A stretch of 64,000 bases of DNA from Octopus sinensis (taxonomy: Eukaryota): the NCBI RefSeq assembly GCF_006345805.1, contig NC_043003.1:86490001-86554000 (forward strand). Reading direction: 5' to 3'. The notes below the pieces were generated by a model, which saw only the letters and a list, made by a program, of their open reading frames with translations, did no database searches and was not told the DNA's origin. Below, piece after piece: positions 1-13,399 of the stretch; position 1 is the first letter of the stretch; each line of letters opens with the position of its first letter. Both the position numbers and the translations under genes were made by a program.

Positions 1-2382
1 TCTAAAGCACGAGATATATATATTGCACACATACATACAGGCCTATATGCATGCATCTATATGTAAATAGATATAGATAGATAGCAAAATAAATAATCTT
101 ATGGATAAACGAACTTGCTTATAGATTTATTCACAATATAAATAATAAATTTATTATTAATACTCCTAATTATATACTTTCTATAGAAAGTTTCGCGGGT
201 TTTATCAGCCATCATGTAACATTACTGGCGATGTTAACCTTACGAGATTTAATAGTGATAAAAAAAAACCTTACAATAAGCTTGTGTCTCTATTCTGTCC
301 TCTATATCTATGTTTTGAACTAAAGTTTTGGCTTAACTGTTAATGATATTCGCAGATGTGACAGTAGATTTGAGTTCTTACAGACACCACCACATCTCAA
401 TGAGACGGTCATCTACTTAACATTGCCATCCGGTCTCGGTGATTAAGAAACCGGTCAAAAGAGTAAGTGGACGTATTTAAAGTGTGACCTCTATTAAGGA
501 AACCTTTGGTAGAATCGCCTTTGTTGCAGCAACGCCATATCAACAAGAAGATTCGAAAATAAAATCCTTAACGCCCAACCAGAACTTACATGATATGAAA
601 GGGCACGTCAGGAGCAGTGGGTAAAAACAACGCATCCAGCATGAAGCAATTGTAGGAGGTCTCCTTGAAAAACAAATGCATAACCACACAATATCATTCA
701 GGAGCCACAAGAGGCGGAACACAGCTACCCACGCGCATATGGTGGTTAAAGTAGGCGACTAACAACTAAGAAATCAAGTGGAGGTTATTCAAGAAATACA
801 AGTCTTACTCCAACTTGCAGCAAAAGATGCAAACTGTGTTTAGTAGAAAAAAGACAAATGGCATTGAATTACGTTCTTACTTGCACGTATGATCTCAAAT
901 GTTGCTTCAAGCCACTAATGGGGGAGGACGCCTACATCGCTTCATCTTATCAATTCTCGCGACCGACCTACTATAGACTCCTTCATAACTTCTTTCCTTT
1001 ACTACCCCAGTCCTTCACGTATCTCTTCTTCACTGCCACGCCTTTTTCACTTCCTCATTATTTTCTCTTTTTTATTGTTTGTCGCTTCTCTCTCTGTCTT
1101 CTACTTTTCACATTTTTTGTCCTACCACTAACCCCGCACTTATCACTTTCATTTATCTATCCATCCATACATACAAACATACATACATATGTTTGTCTGT
1201 GTGTGCGCACAAAGAAATCGTCAGACGCTCGCTCAACAAAGTAGATTTCAGTGTTTGATCCAGCTCTTTACGTTGTGTGTTCAAATCCAGGTGAGGTCAA
1301 ATTTGCGCTTTATTTCACAGGGATCGATAAAATACATCTATCAAATACCTAGATCGTTGTTACCGAGTAATCCACTCACACCCTCTAAACACTGTCTTCT
1401 GTCTATTTGCTTATGTTAAAATCAATTACATACATATATATGTGTGTGTGAGAGTTTTTTTTTATTTTTGTTTCTGTGTATGTGTATGTGTGAGTAGAAT
1501 TGTGTGAATCTTTGCGATATGATTAAGCGTAAAGCTTAGCTTATTATATTTCTGCTTCGTGCACATACATATGTCTGTAAATGTGAAAGTGGGCGAATAT
1601 TTCTATACATGCCATATAAAGACAAAGTTGTACAAAGGGAATCGTAGAAGCATGGTGATATGTGAGCATTTGTGCGTACACATAAGTGTATACGTGTGTG
1701 TATGTGTGCGCGTGCGATTGTGCGTGTGTAAGTGTGCGCGTGTGCATGTGTGTGTATGTGTGTGCGCGTGTGTAGAACTATAAGAAACAGTCTACGCATA
1801 CATTCATATATGCATACTCACAACCACTTATTATGAGTGCGTGGGAGTCTATAGCTTTGTCTGCATATGCGCGTGTACTTATTGTTATTGGCTGATCTCT
1901 ACTTGTCCAGCAGTAAGATGTATACAGCTTAACGAAATAAGGATGAGCTACTTCAGCTTCTGTCAATGTATAAAAGAATTACTTGAGCTAGATATTGAGA
2001 TACTCCCCCAAAGATCATCTAATATTAATCCTTATGGTACCTCGGGTTCTAACTGCACGATATGGTTAGAGTTATAGACATTAAACTTATAGGAAACTGG
2101 CGAACATTGTTAGTTCATTATTTTTATCCATCTTATGAATTATTCCATGTTCAGATTAATGTATTTATGTATGTATTATATGGTGAGTGTCTGTGAGTCT
2201 GTATGTGTAAGATATACATACAGACACAAGCACATACAAGCAACACACACACATAGATACACATATATACACACACCAATATATGGATGTGTACACAAAC
2301 ACACGCACACATAAACACATACATATTTACATGTGTATCTACAAACACATAGCTCGTACAAACAAATACGGACATTGTGTGG

Positions 2383-2413
<31 letters not shown>

Positions 2414-2803
2414 AAATATATAAGTATGTATATAATATGTTGGTTTGCCGCTTCCGCTGGTTTTTAGCTGGACATATACTCCGTGATTATTTCAGCCTGA
2501 CAATTTCAATAATACTTCAGCATCGTATATCTGATCTAGGACACACATTTTGACACAGAACAAATAAGCATAAAAACACAGACGTACATATCCACACGCA
2601 ATCACACACACACACACACACATGGACAAGAACATTTGACTGGCTTCTGCTCCTCTTCTATCTTCCATATTTCATCCACAAATTATCCGTTAGTCTCTGC
2701 CTATAGCAAAAAGAGCTTGCCAAAGATGAAGAGCATTGGAATTTAAGTAAAAAGCTAAGTTTGTCAAATGAATATATTACACAGAAGCCTATATATCTGA
2801 TTC

Positions 2804-2870
<67 letters not shown>

Positions 2871-2895
2871 CATGTATATATATATATATATACAT

Positions 2896-2954
<59 letters not shown>

Positions 2955-2955
2955 A

Positions 2956-3166
2956 AGTTAAACATGAAAACACAAAGAGAAAACACAACAACGCGAGAAC
3001 GTGGAACAAATATAGTATTATTGGACGCTCAGGAAGAAAGGGAAGAAGCGGGGTTTTACGTTTCTAGCGGAGCTCTTCGTTAGAAACATAGGAAAAGGAA
3101 AGATCCAGAGAAGGGAAGACGAAGGAAAAAAAATCGCCAACGGTACACACGCGGTCACAACCCCTC

Positions 3167-3168
<2 letters not shown>
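2956..3168 (-). mobile_element. Short non-coding PLE-derived element (family A) with decayed hammerhead
   Basis: Reverse-complement copy at 12486-12689. The minus strand of 3053-3087 reads GTTT-CTAACGA-A-GAGC-tcc-GCTA-GAAA-CG-TA-AAAC, a hammerhead layout with a mutated core. Embedded in (TA)n. Confidence 0.6.
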
Positions 3169-3221
<53 letters not shown>

Positions 3222-3222
<1 letters not shown>

Positions 3223-3418
3223 GAGGGTTGCTGAAAAGTTCCTGGCTTTAACGATATCAGGAAAGGCTTGGCAAGAGGCCCAAAGATCCAAGTTCTTTTA
3301 CAGACTGGAAAAACTGAAGGACCACTGAAAAAAGTGTGAGAACCTGAAAGGGGAATAAGTTGAATAAGTTGAACTGTATTTTCTTTTACCCAATCCTGGA
3401 GCTTTTCAATACCCCTCG
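3222..3418. mobile_element. Mariner-type MITE
   Basis: TA-flanked imperfect TIRs CGAGGGTTGCTGAAAAGTTCCTGG / CTGGAGCTTTTCAATACCCCTCG; related copy at 39541-39753. Confidence 0.7.
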
Positions 3419-3429
3419 TATATGTTATA

Positions 3430-3460
<31 letters not shown>

Positions 3461-3511
3461 TGTATGTATGTATGTATGTATGTATGTATGTATGTATGTA
3501 CAACATATTTA

Positions 3512-4391
3512 CGTGGTCTGATCAATAAGTATCCCGACTATTGATATAGTAACGAAGCATAAGCATGCAAATTAAAGCTACTTGGCACAGATTGACATTA
3601 AACTCTGGTTTGCATGTGCATTAAGTTTTAATGTTTTAGCTCACTTCCGCTGTTTACAGCAGCGCATAGAAGGAAGGTGTGTAGCGCGTGATCGTCACAT
3701 TGAACATGACAGAGACAGTTGAGCAGAGAATATGCATCAAATTTTGCCAAACGTTTAAAGAAACCTGGTCACAAGCCTACGCAAAGTTTGCAAAAGGTTT
3801 CCTCGTTCTTGACACAATCAAGATCTTGCACAACGGAAACGCGAGTATCTTTTTGGTCAGCTGAAAGCAGTTTTGACACAAACTTCGCAGACACGCGTCC
3901 CATATCCAAACCTTCAGTGATAATAGATTGAACTGAACTGTAACTAATCTTCACATCCTCTGATAACTCACGGATGGTGATTCGACGATTTTCTCTCACA
4001 GCTGCATGCACATCTACGATATGTTTTTCTCAGTTCTGCTGGTTGCGGGTCTCCCAGAATGTTCGTCAATATCGACATTTCTTCGGTTATCTTGGAAACA
4101 GCTTTACCACTCGTGTGCGGCTCATACACTCCTTCCCCTACACTTTCTGCAACTTTGCGTGGGCCTCTGACTAGGTATCGCCATGACAACTTTCTCTGTC
4201 ATGGTCAATGCGACGATCACACGCTACATACCTTCCTGCGAAACGCTGTTGCAAACAACAGAAGTGAGTTAGAACGTTGAAACTTAGTGCGCACGTTCAG
4301 CCAGAGTTCAAGTTTAATCTCTGCCAAACGGCGTTGCTTTGGATGCTTTGTTACTATAGTATCAGTCCGGATACTTATTGATCAGACCTCG
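3512..4391. mobile_element. Rearranged mariner element built from two opposed left ends
   Basis: TA-flanked TIRs CGTGGTCTGATCAATAAGTATCC / GGATACTTATTGATCAGACCTCG. ORF 3769-4011(-) has a mariner N-terminal HTH (VRENRRITIRELSE...ISYSSVQSII...LDMGRVSAKFV). The + strand at ~3706-3750 encodes MTETVEQRICIKFCQ. Confidence 0.85.
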
Positions 4392-4440
4392 TATATGTGT
4401 CGTGTCTGTGTGTGTGTGCGCGTATGTGTGTATATATATA

Positions 4441-4479
<39 letters not shown>

Positions 4480-4535
4480 ATTTTATGTATACATATTTAT
4501 ATTGTATACTTATATGTATATGTGTGTGCGTGTAT

Positions 4536-4576
<41 letters not shown>

Positions 4577-4595
4577 TACATTTCTACATACATAC

Positions 4596-4647
<52 letters not shown>

Positions 4648-4719
4648 TGACAGACGGACAGACAGGCGGGAAGGCAGACAGTGCGAGAGTGGAGAGAAAG
4701 AAAGTGAGAGAAGACTCAG

Positions 4720-5320
4720 TTTCTTAAGAAATACAAGAGAATATCGATAGAAAGGTTTTTGATTCTAATTCATTTTAGAAAACTACTTTGTATTTAGTAA
4801 AACAACCTATCGACAAAAGCCACAAGCTCCCATATTGGGACAAAAGTTGTCCCAACATATTCGAACCTAGTTACGGTATGCCATGAACTGAAAAATCTAT
4901 TAAGAATCCTCAAAAATTCTTGGAGTTAAATCCAACTGCTTTCCGAAATGTAATTGGAAGAGGTTTCTAGACGATCGTTTCATTTTATGTAGGAAAATAC
5001 TGACAGACTAACAATTCCAAAATCTTATAAACAACATTAGTTCAATTCACCAAGGAGTTTGTTAAGATAGACTCCCGATCTTCGATGTTCTAGCAACAAA
5101 CAGAAATACAATACTTACAAACGGATATATTCTAATTCCACCGACTCCTGATAATATCATCATTTTACATCATACGCCCGAATCATTCCAATTAACATTC
5201 CATTCAGCGAATTGGCAAAATTGTATCAAAGACAACGAAATTTTTTTTTAAATTATCTAAAGAAATATCCCATGAAATTAACGATTTTGGAATAAAGGAC
5301 GAAAAACAAATTATAAATAT
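4720..5320 (+). pseudogene. Decayed Penelope-like reverse transcriptase fragment
   Basis: Frameshifted translation gives ENYFVF..TYRQ, GTKVVPTYSNL, NWKRFLDDRFIL (catalytic DD motif) and PINIPFS, matching PLE RT motifs. Confidence 0.75.
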
Positions 5321-5379
5321 GAAATATCAGTTTCTTAGCTCCATATGGCTTCAAGTTTCCTAGGACAGACACTTCACAT

Positions 5380-5417
<38 letters not shown>

Positions 5418-5454
5418 TATATATTATATATATATACATTATTTCTATTTTAGG

Positions 5455-6165
5455 CTCAAGGCCCTGAAAAGTTTAATGGTGACAACAAGTCGATTATATC
5501 GATCACCTCCCCCTCAGTGTTTCACTAGTATTTAATATATCGACTCCTAAAGTATAAAAGGTACAGTCGACATCAGCGGAAATTGAACTCAGAACATTAA
5601 AGGCGGATGAAATGCCTATTTCTTTACTACCTACAAGGGGCTAAACACAGAGAAGACAAACAAGGACAGACTAACGGATTAAGTCGATTATATCGACCCC
5701 AGTGCGTAACTGGTACTTATTTAATCGACCTCTAAAGGATGAAAGGCAAAGTCGACCTCGGCGGAATTTGAACACAGAACGTAGCGGCAGACGAAATTTC
5801 TTTACTACCCACATGGGGCTAAACACAGAAGGGGACAAACAAGGACAGACAATATATCGACTCCTAAAATATAAAAGGTAAAGTCGACATCAGCGGAAAT
5901 TGAACTCAGAACATTAAAGGCGGATGAAATGCCTATTTCTTTACTACCCACAAGGGGCTAAACACAGAGAGAACAAACAAGGACAGACTAACGGATTAAG
6001 TCGATTACATCGACCCCAGTGCGTAACTGGTACTTAATTTATCGACCCCGAAAGGATGAAAGGCAAAGTCGACCTCGGCGGAATTTGAACTCAGAACGTA
6101 ACGGCAGACGAAATACCGCAAAGCACTTCGCCCAGCGTGCTAAAGATTCTCCAAGCGACCGCCTT
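5455..6165 (-). mobile_element. tRNA-derived SINE (Meta/MESC-like central domain), multimeric
   Basis: Head GGCGG..CT.G.AGAA..TTAGCACGC, B-box GAGTTCAAATTCC, domain GTCGACTTTGCCTTTCATCCTTTCGGGGTCGATAAA; about 4 body units, including a local duplication (5535-5680 ~ 5851-6000). Confidence 0.8.
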
Positions 6166-6166
6166 A

Positions 6167-6204
<38 letters not shown>

Positions 6205-6300
6205 TTAGAGACAAAACCACTATTATGCAAATCAAACAAAGAAAGACTTAATCCAATACATAAAAATTTTTTTTATATAAATTAAATAAAATTAAATTCG

Positions 6301-6346
6301 CCACTACAATTGTTTCGTGTCTCTTCTAAGGACATTCATCAGGTGG
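6301..6346 (-). ncRNA. Minimal type I hammerhead ribozyme (mirror copy)
   Basis: Exact reverse complement of 6394-6439. Confidence 0.75.
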
Positions 6347-6393
6347 TTTTCAGATCTTCTATTCAATTTAAAATTGAATAGAAGATCTGAAAA

Positions 6394-6439
6394 CCACCTG
6401 ATGAATGTCCTTAGAAGAGACACGAAACAATTGTAGTGG
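6394..6439 (+). ncRNA. Minimal type I hammerhead ribozyme
   Basis: CCAC-CTGATGA-aTGTC-cttagaaga-GACAc-GAAA-CAATTG-TA-GTGG: stem I CCAC/GTGG, palindromic stem III CAATTG, GUA cleavage triplet. Confidence 0.75.
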
Positions 6440-6620
6440 CGAATTTAATTTTATTTAATTTATATAAAAAATTTTTATGTATTGGATTAAGTCTTTCTTT
6501 GTTTGATTTGCATAATAGTGGTTTTGTCTCTAATTAATATATAATATTTTACTATAAAATTGGATTCAATCCTAAATCTGATTTTTCCCTGTAAATTTGG
6601 ATTTATTCCCTAATATTATC

Positions 6621-6661
<41 letters not shown>

Positions 6662-6664
6662 TAT

Positions 6665-6856
6665 TTGTTTTTGTCCTTTGATTGCGGTCATTCTGGAGTA
6701 CTGCCTTTAGTCGAGTAAATCAACCATAGGAATTATCTTTTGTAAGCCTAGTACTTATTCTATCGATCTCTTTTACCGAACCACTAAGTTCCGGGAATGT
6801 AATACACAAACATAGGTTGTTAAGCGATGATGGGGGTGACAAACAGACACAAACTT

Positions 6857-6900
<44 letters not shown>

Positions 6901-7058
6901 CTTTCAGTTTCCGCCTGCCAAATCCACTCAGAATGCTTTGGTCGGCCCAAGACTATAGTAGAATTAACTTGCTCATGGTACCACGCCCATGGTGCCACGT
7001 ACTGAACCCGGAACCATGTGACTGGTAACCAAGCTACTTACCAAACAGCCACTCCTGC
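6665..7058 (-). mobile_element. tRNA-derived CORE-like SINE (diverged)
   Basis: Same family as 9773-10183, with an internal (TA)n tract. Confidence 0.75.
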
Positions 7059-7284
7059 ACAGAGAAGTGACTTTCTGAAGTGAGACAAATTGATTGCTTA
7101 CGTGTAAACGAGTGTCAGTCGTTATGTATTTGTATATATTTGAATATATGTGCATATATCGTTATTTATAGGTTATCTTGTGGATCCGTTTTATGTACGT
7201 AAACTTTCACTTTACAGAATCTGTGCCGTATCGGGACCTCGTGTTTGAATAATTTAATCTGTATATGTCAATGCTTATATCTAA

Positions 7285-8092
7285 CTAGCAGCATAGCCCG
7301 GCGTTGCCCGGGTATGTAAGAGCCCCTAGTAGGCAACGAATAATCCCAATATAGTCCTTTCCCCCTAGGGAACGAAGGCGCATGTGTAGGTTGCAATGTC
7401 TTCTCTTCACTCCCAAATAACTATCAAACAGCTATCGATAATTCAACCCAACCAATTCCTACCAGGAAGAAATTACATTCGAGACTTTACCCCCAACACC
7501 ACCACTTCTGCTAATAGCTGCTTCAGCCGCAAGTTATTCCAATACTTTTTTTGTTTAGACTTTCTTTATAACTACCACCCCAAACGTTTTACCTTAAATT
7601 TCTGATGTACCCTAAGGGTCCTCGGACGCTACTTGCAAACTGTTGGTTTATTATAAACCGCTTTTGTCGTGTGCATCAAAAAACCTTTTCCATTCGTTTG
7701 TTCAGTTTGGTCACTTTTGACTTTTTCGTTGTTGTCACTCACATTGCTGCCCGCTTTTTTACCGTTTTTGTACATTTTTATACATTTTGGGATACTTACC
7801 CCACGTGTTCCGAGAGTTAAAAAGGTCGAGTTGCGTCCCCTAGACAGTCTGTAGAAAATGTGTTGCATATAAAAAGCTTAGATTCTCGACCCATGTCGAA
7901 TTTATCGATCTTTATTCAGAACTGGTGGATCTTTTCAAAATTTTCGCTGCGTTAGTTTTGAATTATGACATTGGGCTATGTGTGTGTCAAGTTTCATCAG
8001 AATCGGTTGAAAGCTGTGGTCAGGGTGAGGGTACAACCTGACAGACACACAGACACACCGACAGATAAACTGCACGTTTATATATAGAGAGA
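7285..8092 (-). mobile_element. Non-autonomous Helitron
   Basis: The minus strand begins A|TCTCTCTATATATAAA and ends with hairpin CCCGGGCAACGCCGGG followed by CTAG|T. It is inserted between A and T with no TSD. Confidence 0.75.
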
Positions 8093-8631
8093 TTCAGAAT
8101 ACACACACACGCGCGCGCGCGCGCGTGCACATACACACACAGGTATACGTACGTACAATCTGAATTCCTTTCTTAAGAGCTTCACGCCGCAGTGATCGTC
8201 AGTTCTTCAAAAGACATGCATACGTATTCTTACACCCACACACGATGCCATACACACTCACATAAACACATACACGCACACATACACACACGTACACGTA
8301 TATCTCGACGCAAATACCAGGTGTTTTACTTCGCAAATATTAATTCATGTGTTTCCGACCGACTCTATCAATTTTTGCCGGAAACATTCACACACACACA
8401 CTCACGCGCGGATATCCTTTGCCACTCCTTCGAGTTTTACTACAGGTGACAATAGTAAAGCAGTAACATGAAGATTTTAGTTTAATCTGTCTATCGCATT
8501 ATTTATTTATACCTCTTATATATCTTATGGATCTTTATTCATCGTGCCACTCACAGGAGATAAGCAACAGCGATACAAAACTAAAGAGACGGAAAACCAC
8601 ACTGAATACTGTTATCCTCATACACACACAC

Positions 8632-9009
8632 TCTTTTACTCTTTTACTGTTTTACTTGTTTCAGTTATTTGACTGCGGCCATGCTGGAGCACCGCCTTTA
8701 GTCGAACTTATTCTTTGTAAGCCCAGTACTTATTTTATCAGTCTCTTTTGCCGAACTGCTAAGTGACGGAGACGTAAACACACCAGCATCGGTTGTCAAG
8801 CAATGCGAGGGGGACAAACACACACACACACACACATATATATATACGACAGGCTTCTTTCAGTTTCCGTCTACCAAATCCACTCACAAGGCATTGGTCG
8901 GCCCGGGGCTATAGCAGAAGACACTTGCCCAAGATGCCACGCAGTGGGACTGAACCCGGAACCATGTGGTTGGTTAGCAAGCTACTTACCACACAGCCAC
9001 TCCTGCGCC
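8632..9009 (-). mobile_element. tRNA-derived CORE-like SINE
   Basis: Head GGCGCAGGAGTGGCTGTGTGGTAAG..GGTTCAGTCCC, CORE-like TTGGGCAAGTGTCTT, internal (TA/TG)n and (AGTAAAAG)n tail. Confidence 0.85.
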
Positions 9010-9393
9010 TATATATATATATTACTTATATCTTATCAAAAGTGAAAGAAGAGAAGGAGCGCACGAGATTGTTGGAGAGAGATGGATTCAGGCAAGAAGA
9101 AGAGAAAAACATTGGAGTGGATGGAGGAATAGATAATCAGTAACAATGTGCGGCTAAAGTAACACTAGCTTTACGCAGTCGATGCGACAGTTCAGCAGAC
9201 TTGTTAGACATACTTATGTACGTGTGTATGTATGTATGTGTGTGTATGTGTTTATGCGTGTGTGTGTGTGTGTGTGTTTATCTGTCTGTATGTGTGTGCG
9301 TGTGTGTTCAGGCGTGTTCGTATGTGTATGTGTGCAAGTTCATGTATATGCATATGAGTGTGTGTATGTGTGTGTGTGTGTATAGGTGTGGGT

Positions 9394-9525
9394 AGGCGCA
9401 GGAGTGGGTGTGTGGTACGTTGCTTGCTTACCAGAAACTTAGTTCCGGGTTCAGTCCCACTGCGTGGGATCTTCGGCAGATGTCTTCTACTATGAATGGA
9501 GACGAAAACTGAAAGAACCCCGTCG
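9394..9525 (+). mobile_element. CORE-like SINE, 5' part only
   Basis: Diverged head GGCGCAGGAGTGGGTGTGTGG...GGTTCAGTCCCACTGCGTGG. Confidence 0.7.
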
Positions 9526-9540
9526 TATGTATATATATGC

Positions 9541-9593
<53 letters not shown>

Positions 9594-9604
9594 TATATAT
9601 ATAG

Positions 9605-9651
<47 letters not shown>

Positions 9652-9664
9652 TGTATATATATAG

Positions 9665-10183
<519 letters not shown>

Positions 10184-10319
10184 TAATATACATATGTATA
10201 TATATATGTATATATATGAATGTATATATATATATATATATATATACATATCTGTATATATATATATATGTATATATATATATACATACACACACACACA
10301 TATATATATATGCACACAT

Positions 10320-10397
<78 letters not shown>

Positions 10398-10755
10398 TCA
10401 CTTGTTTCAGAAATTTCACTGCGGCTATGCTAGAGCGCCGCCTTTATTCGAACAAATCGACCCACAGGACATGTTCTTTGTAAGCCTCGTATTTATTCTA
10501 TCGGTTTCTTTCAGTTTTCGTTGGTCGGCCCGAGGCTATAGAAGAAGACTGAACCTAGAACCATGTTGTTGGTAAGTGACCTACTTATTATAAAAACCAC
10601 TCTTGCTAAATATATAAATGAGAATCAAATTAGGCAAATCAATTATTCTCATTTCTATATTCGTCTAACGCCTCAAGTTCGAATCTCTTGAGCTCTTCAA
10701 ATATAATTATATATATACACGAATACCCATATATACGTATACATATTGCATATGC

Positions 10756-11011
<256 letters not shown>

Positions 11012-12267
11012 ATTCAACCGTTACAACTCCGAACTTAATTCCACAGAACTTTCTAAAACTTATCGCAGAAAATTTTTGAATGAATATTTTCTGCGATAAG
11101 TTATCAAAGAAGAATATTGCATTCATTATTGTTTTTTATGTTCATGAAATTTAATTCTTCTTTTTTTTTCCATTATTCATAAAGAAGAAAACTCCATACA
11201 TTTTCGAGACTCTACTAACTTAATAATCGTAGCAAGAAGAAGACAGAGAGATTTGTGATATTATATTGATTTCAATTTTTGACTTAAGGCTAGTAATTTG
11301 CTATTTCAGGTCAGGGAATAAATTGATTATATCGATCCCAGTGTTTGACTGGTACTTCTTTTATCGACGCCTTGGCAGAATTTGAAATCAGAACCTAAAG
11401 CGCGACAAAATGCCGCTAAGCATTTTCCCGGCGTGCTAACGATTCTGCTCACTCGTCGCCATACCTGTGATATTACATTGATTGATATTACCCTTTATCA
11501 AAACGAAATTGAAATGTTTGACGGAAAAATATTTCCGTGCATTCTTTTAGCCAACGTTAATACAGATCGAAAGCCTGTTGTTTGATGACTTGCAACGCGC
11601 TGTCTCACTTTTCATATCATTATGGTAGAAGAAAGTCCAAAAATGAACTTCGCTGCAGCCGTCGGCGGGCGCGAGCTCATTAAAATTAAAATGGAAGAAA
11701 TACAAACCTATTTCGGATTGATCACTGACAAAGACGGTGAATCTAGGATAACACCACCAAACAAAATTAAAAATTAAAGAAAAGAAAAGACTATTGTCTA
11801 TAAAGTATACAATGTAGAGAAAAAAAGATTTGAACACCTGGAGGAAAGCACCATCGAAATGTGTCTTGGTGCGACTATGAAAGATATCTAACCAGAGGCA
11901 GTAAATTCGCCACAATAGAAGCAAGTTTGAAGTCAAAGGAGCGTGCAAGGGAGTACTCGACTCGAACCTTGCAAAGTGGAAATATTTAATTTTTATCTTT
12001 ATATCTGGGACGTAGGACGTCCGGATAAAAATTTAAAATGTCCCCCCAGAAGTAGAGGTAGGCTGGATTGTAGCCACACTTCTATACAAGAGGGAGGACA
12101 AGATACAATTGATCGAAATTGCAAGAGACGGGCCTACAATTCCAGTCTGTTATATATTTTGAGTATTGTTATCACTAGCGATATCAAGATATAACTTTGT
12201 ATTTTTTATTTTATGTGTAGATGTATATATATAGATGTACATGTAATATGTACACATATATACATGC

Positions 12268-12308
12268 ACTAGCACTATGACCCGGCAACGACGGGTCATA
12301 ATGCTAGT
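12268..12308. mobile_element. 41-bp palindrome resembling a Helitron 3' terminus
   Basis: ACTAGCACTATGACCCG-GCAACGA-CGGGTCATAATGCTAGT; shares CCCGG-CAACG and CTAG with the end of the 7285-8092 element. Confidence 0.5.
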
Positions 12309-12353
12309 ATATATATATATATATATGTATACATAAATATATGTATATATACA

Positions 12354-12412
<59 letters not shown>

Positions 12413-12435
12413 ACATAAATATATGTATATATACA

Positions 12436-12474
<39 letters not shown>

Positions 12475-12485
12475 CTTTTCAAAAT

Positions 12486-12689
12486 GTGACCTCGGGTGTA
12501 CCGTTGGCGATTTTTTCCCTCTGTCTTCCCTTCCCGGGATCTTTCTTTCTCCTATGTTTCCGACTAAGAGCTCCGCTCGAAACGTTAGACCCTCCTTCTT
12601 CCCTTCTTTCCTGAGCATCCAATAATACTATATTTGTTCCACGTCCTCGCGTTGTTGTGTTTTTTTGTGTTTTCTTGTTTGGATTAACT
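12486..12689 (+). mobile_element. Family A PLE-derived short element with decayed hammerhead
   Basis: Inverted copy of 2956-3168. 12556-12590 reads GTTT-CCGACTA-AGAGC-tcc-GCTC-GAAA-CG-TT-AGAC. Confidence 0.6.
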
Positions 12690-12709
12690 ATATATATATA
12701 TATATGTGT

Positions 12710-12753
<44 letters not shown>

Positions 12754-13399
12754 GCGTATATACAGGCACGCAGAGGTACACAGAATTGCAAATATATGTG
12801 TGATTATGTCTATGTTCGTGTGTGTGTGTTTGTGCACCATAATTGTGGATATATATTTGATATTTCCCAACTTTATCGCTAATGTTTCTAAACTTGACAC
12901 CCCCTTTTAAAGGTCTTCCACTGTTTATTATCCTAATGGAATGTTTGAAATACGTACATTTGTTGAAATTTTATATTTTTTGTTATAAGTGGCTCCGTAT
13001 ATCTTTTCGTTTTTAGTTTTGGTTGAATATGTGTTATACATAAATATATTGAGAGATTATGTTTCCATCTTTTTATAATTGTATTGTTTCTTACTCCATT
13101 TTCTTTCTGTTAATCCTTCAATGCTATTTTATGCAATTGAAGTTAAGAGCATGCGTGACCTTCTTCTAGCCCACTATATTAGCTACTTCCTGTCTCTGTC
13201 TGCCTGTCGCTCTTTCTGTCTATCTCTATCTCTCTGTGTATGTATGTATGTATTTATGAAAATATATACTTATATGTATATTTTGTCAGTTATATAATGG
13301 AAATCTCTGTAAGGGAGAATAGCTATTGACAGCTGTACGAATGTCATCATATATCATGTTTGTATTATTGAAATCTTTCTATTATTATTACTCCGTGTA

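Larger units (their letters stand above)
6198..6622. mobile_element. Fold-back PLE-type non-autonomous element (family B)
   Basis: Near-perfect palindrome 6198-6540 centred on 6370 (arms ~171 bp, 1-nt spacer) with the right arm extended; flanked by (TA)n on both sides; one hammerhead per arm. Confidence 0.8.

Noticed and set aside
340-960. Possible LTR-retrotransposon remnant ending in GGGGGAGG
   Set aside because: No RT or integrase motif and no LTR pair visible.
11600-12170. Coding-like, purine-rich stretch possibly from a transposase
   Set aside because: Multiple stops and no motif I can assign to a family.
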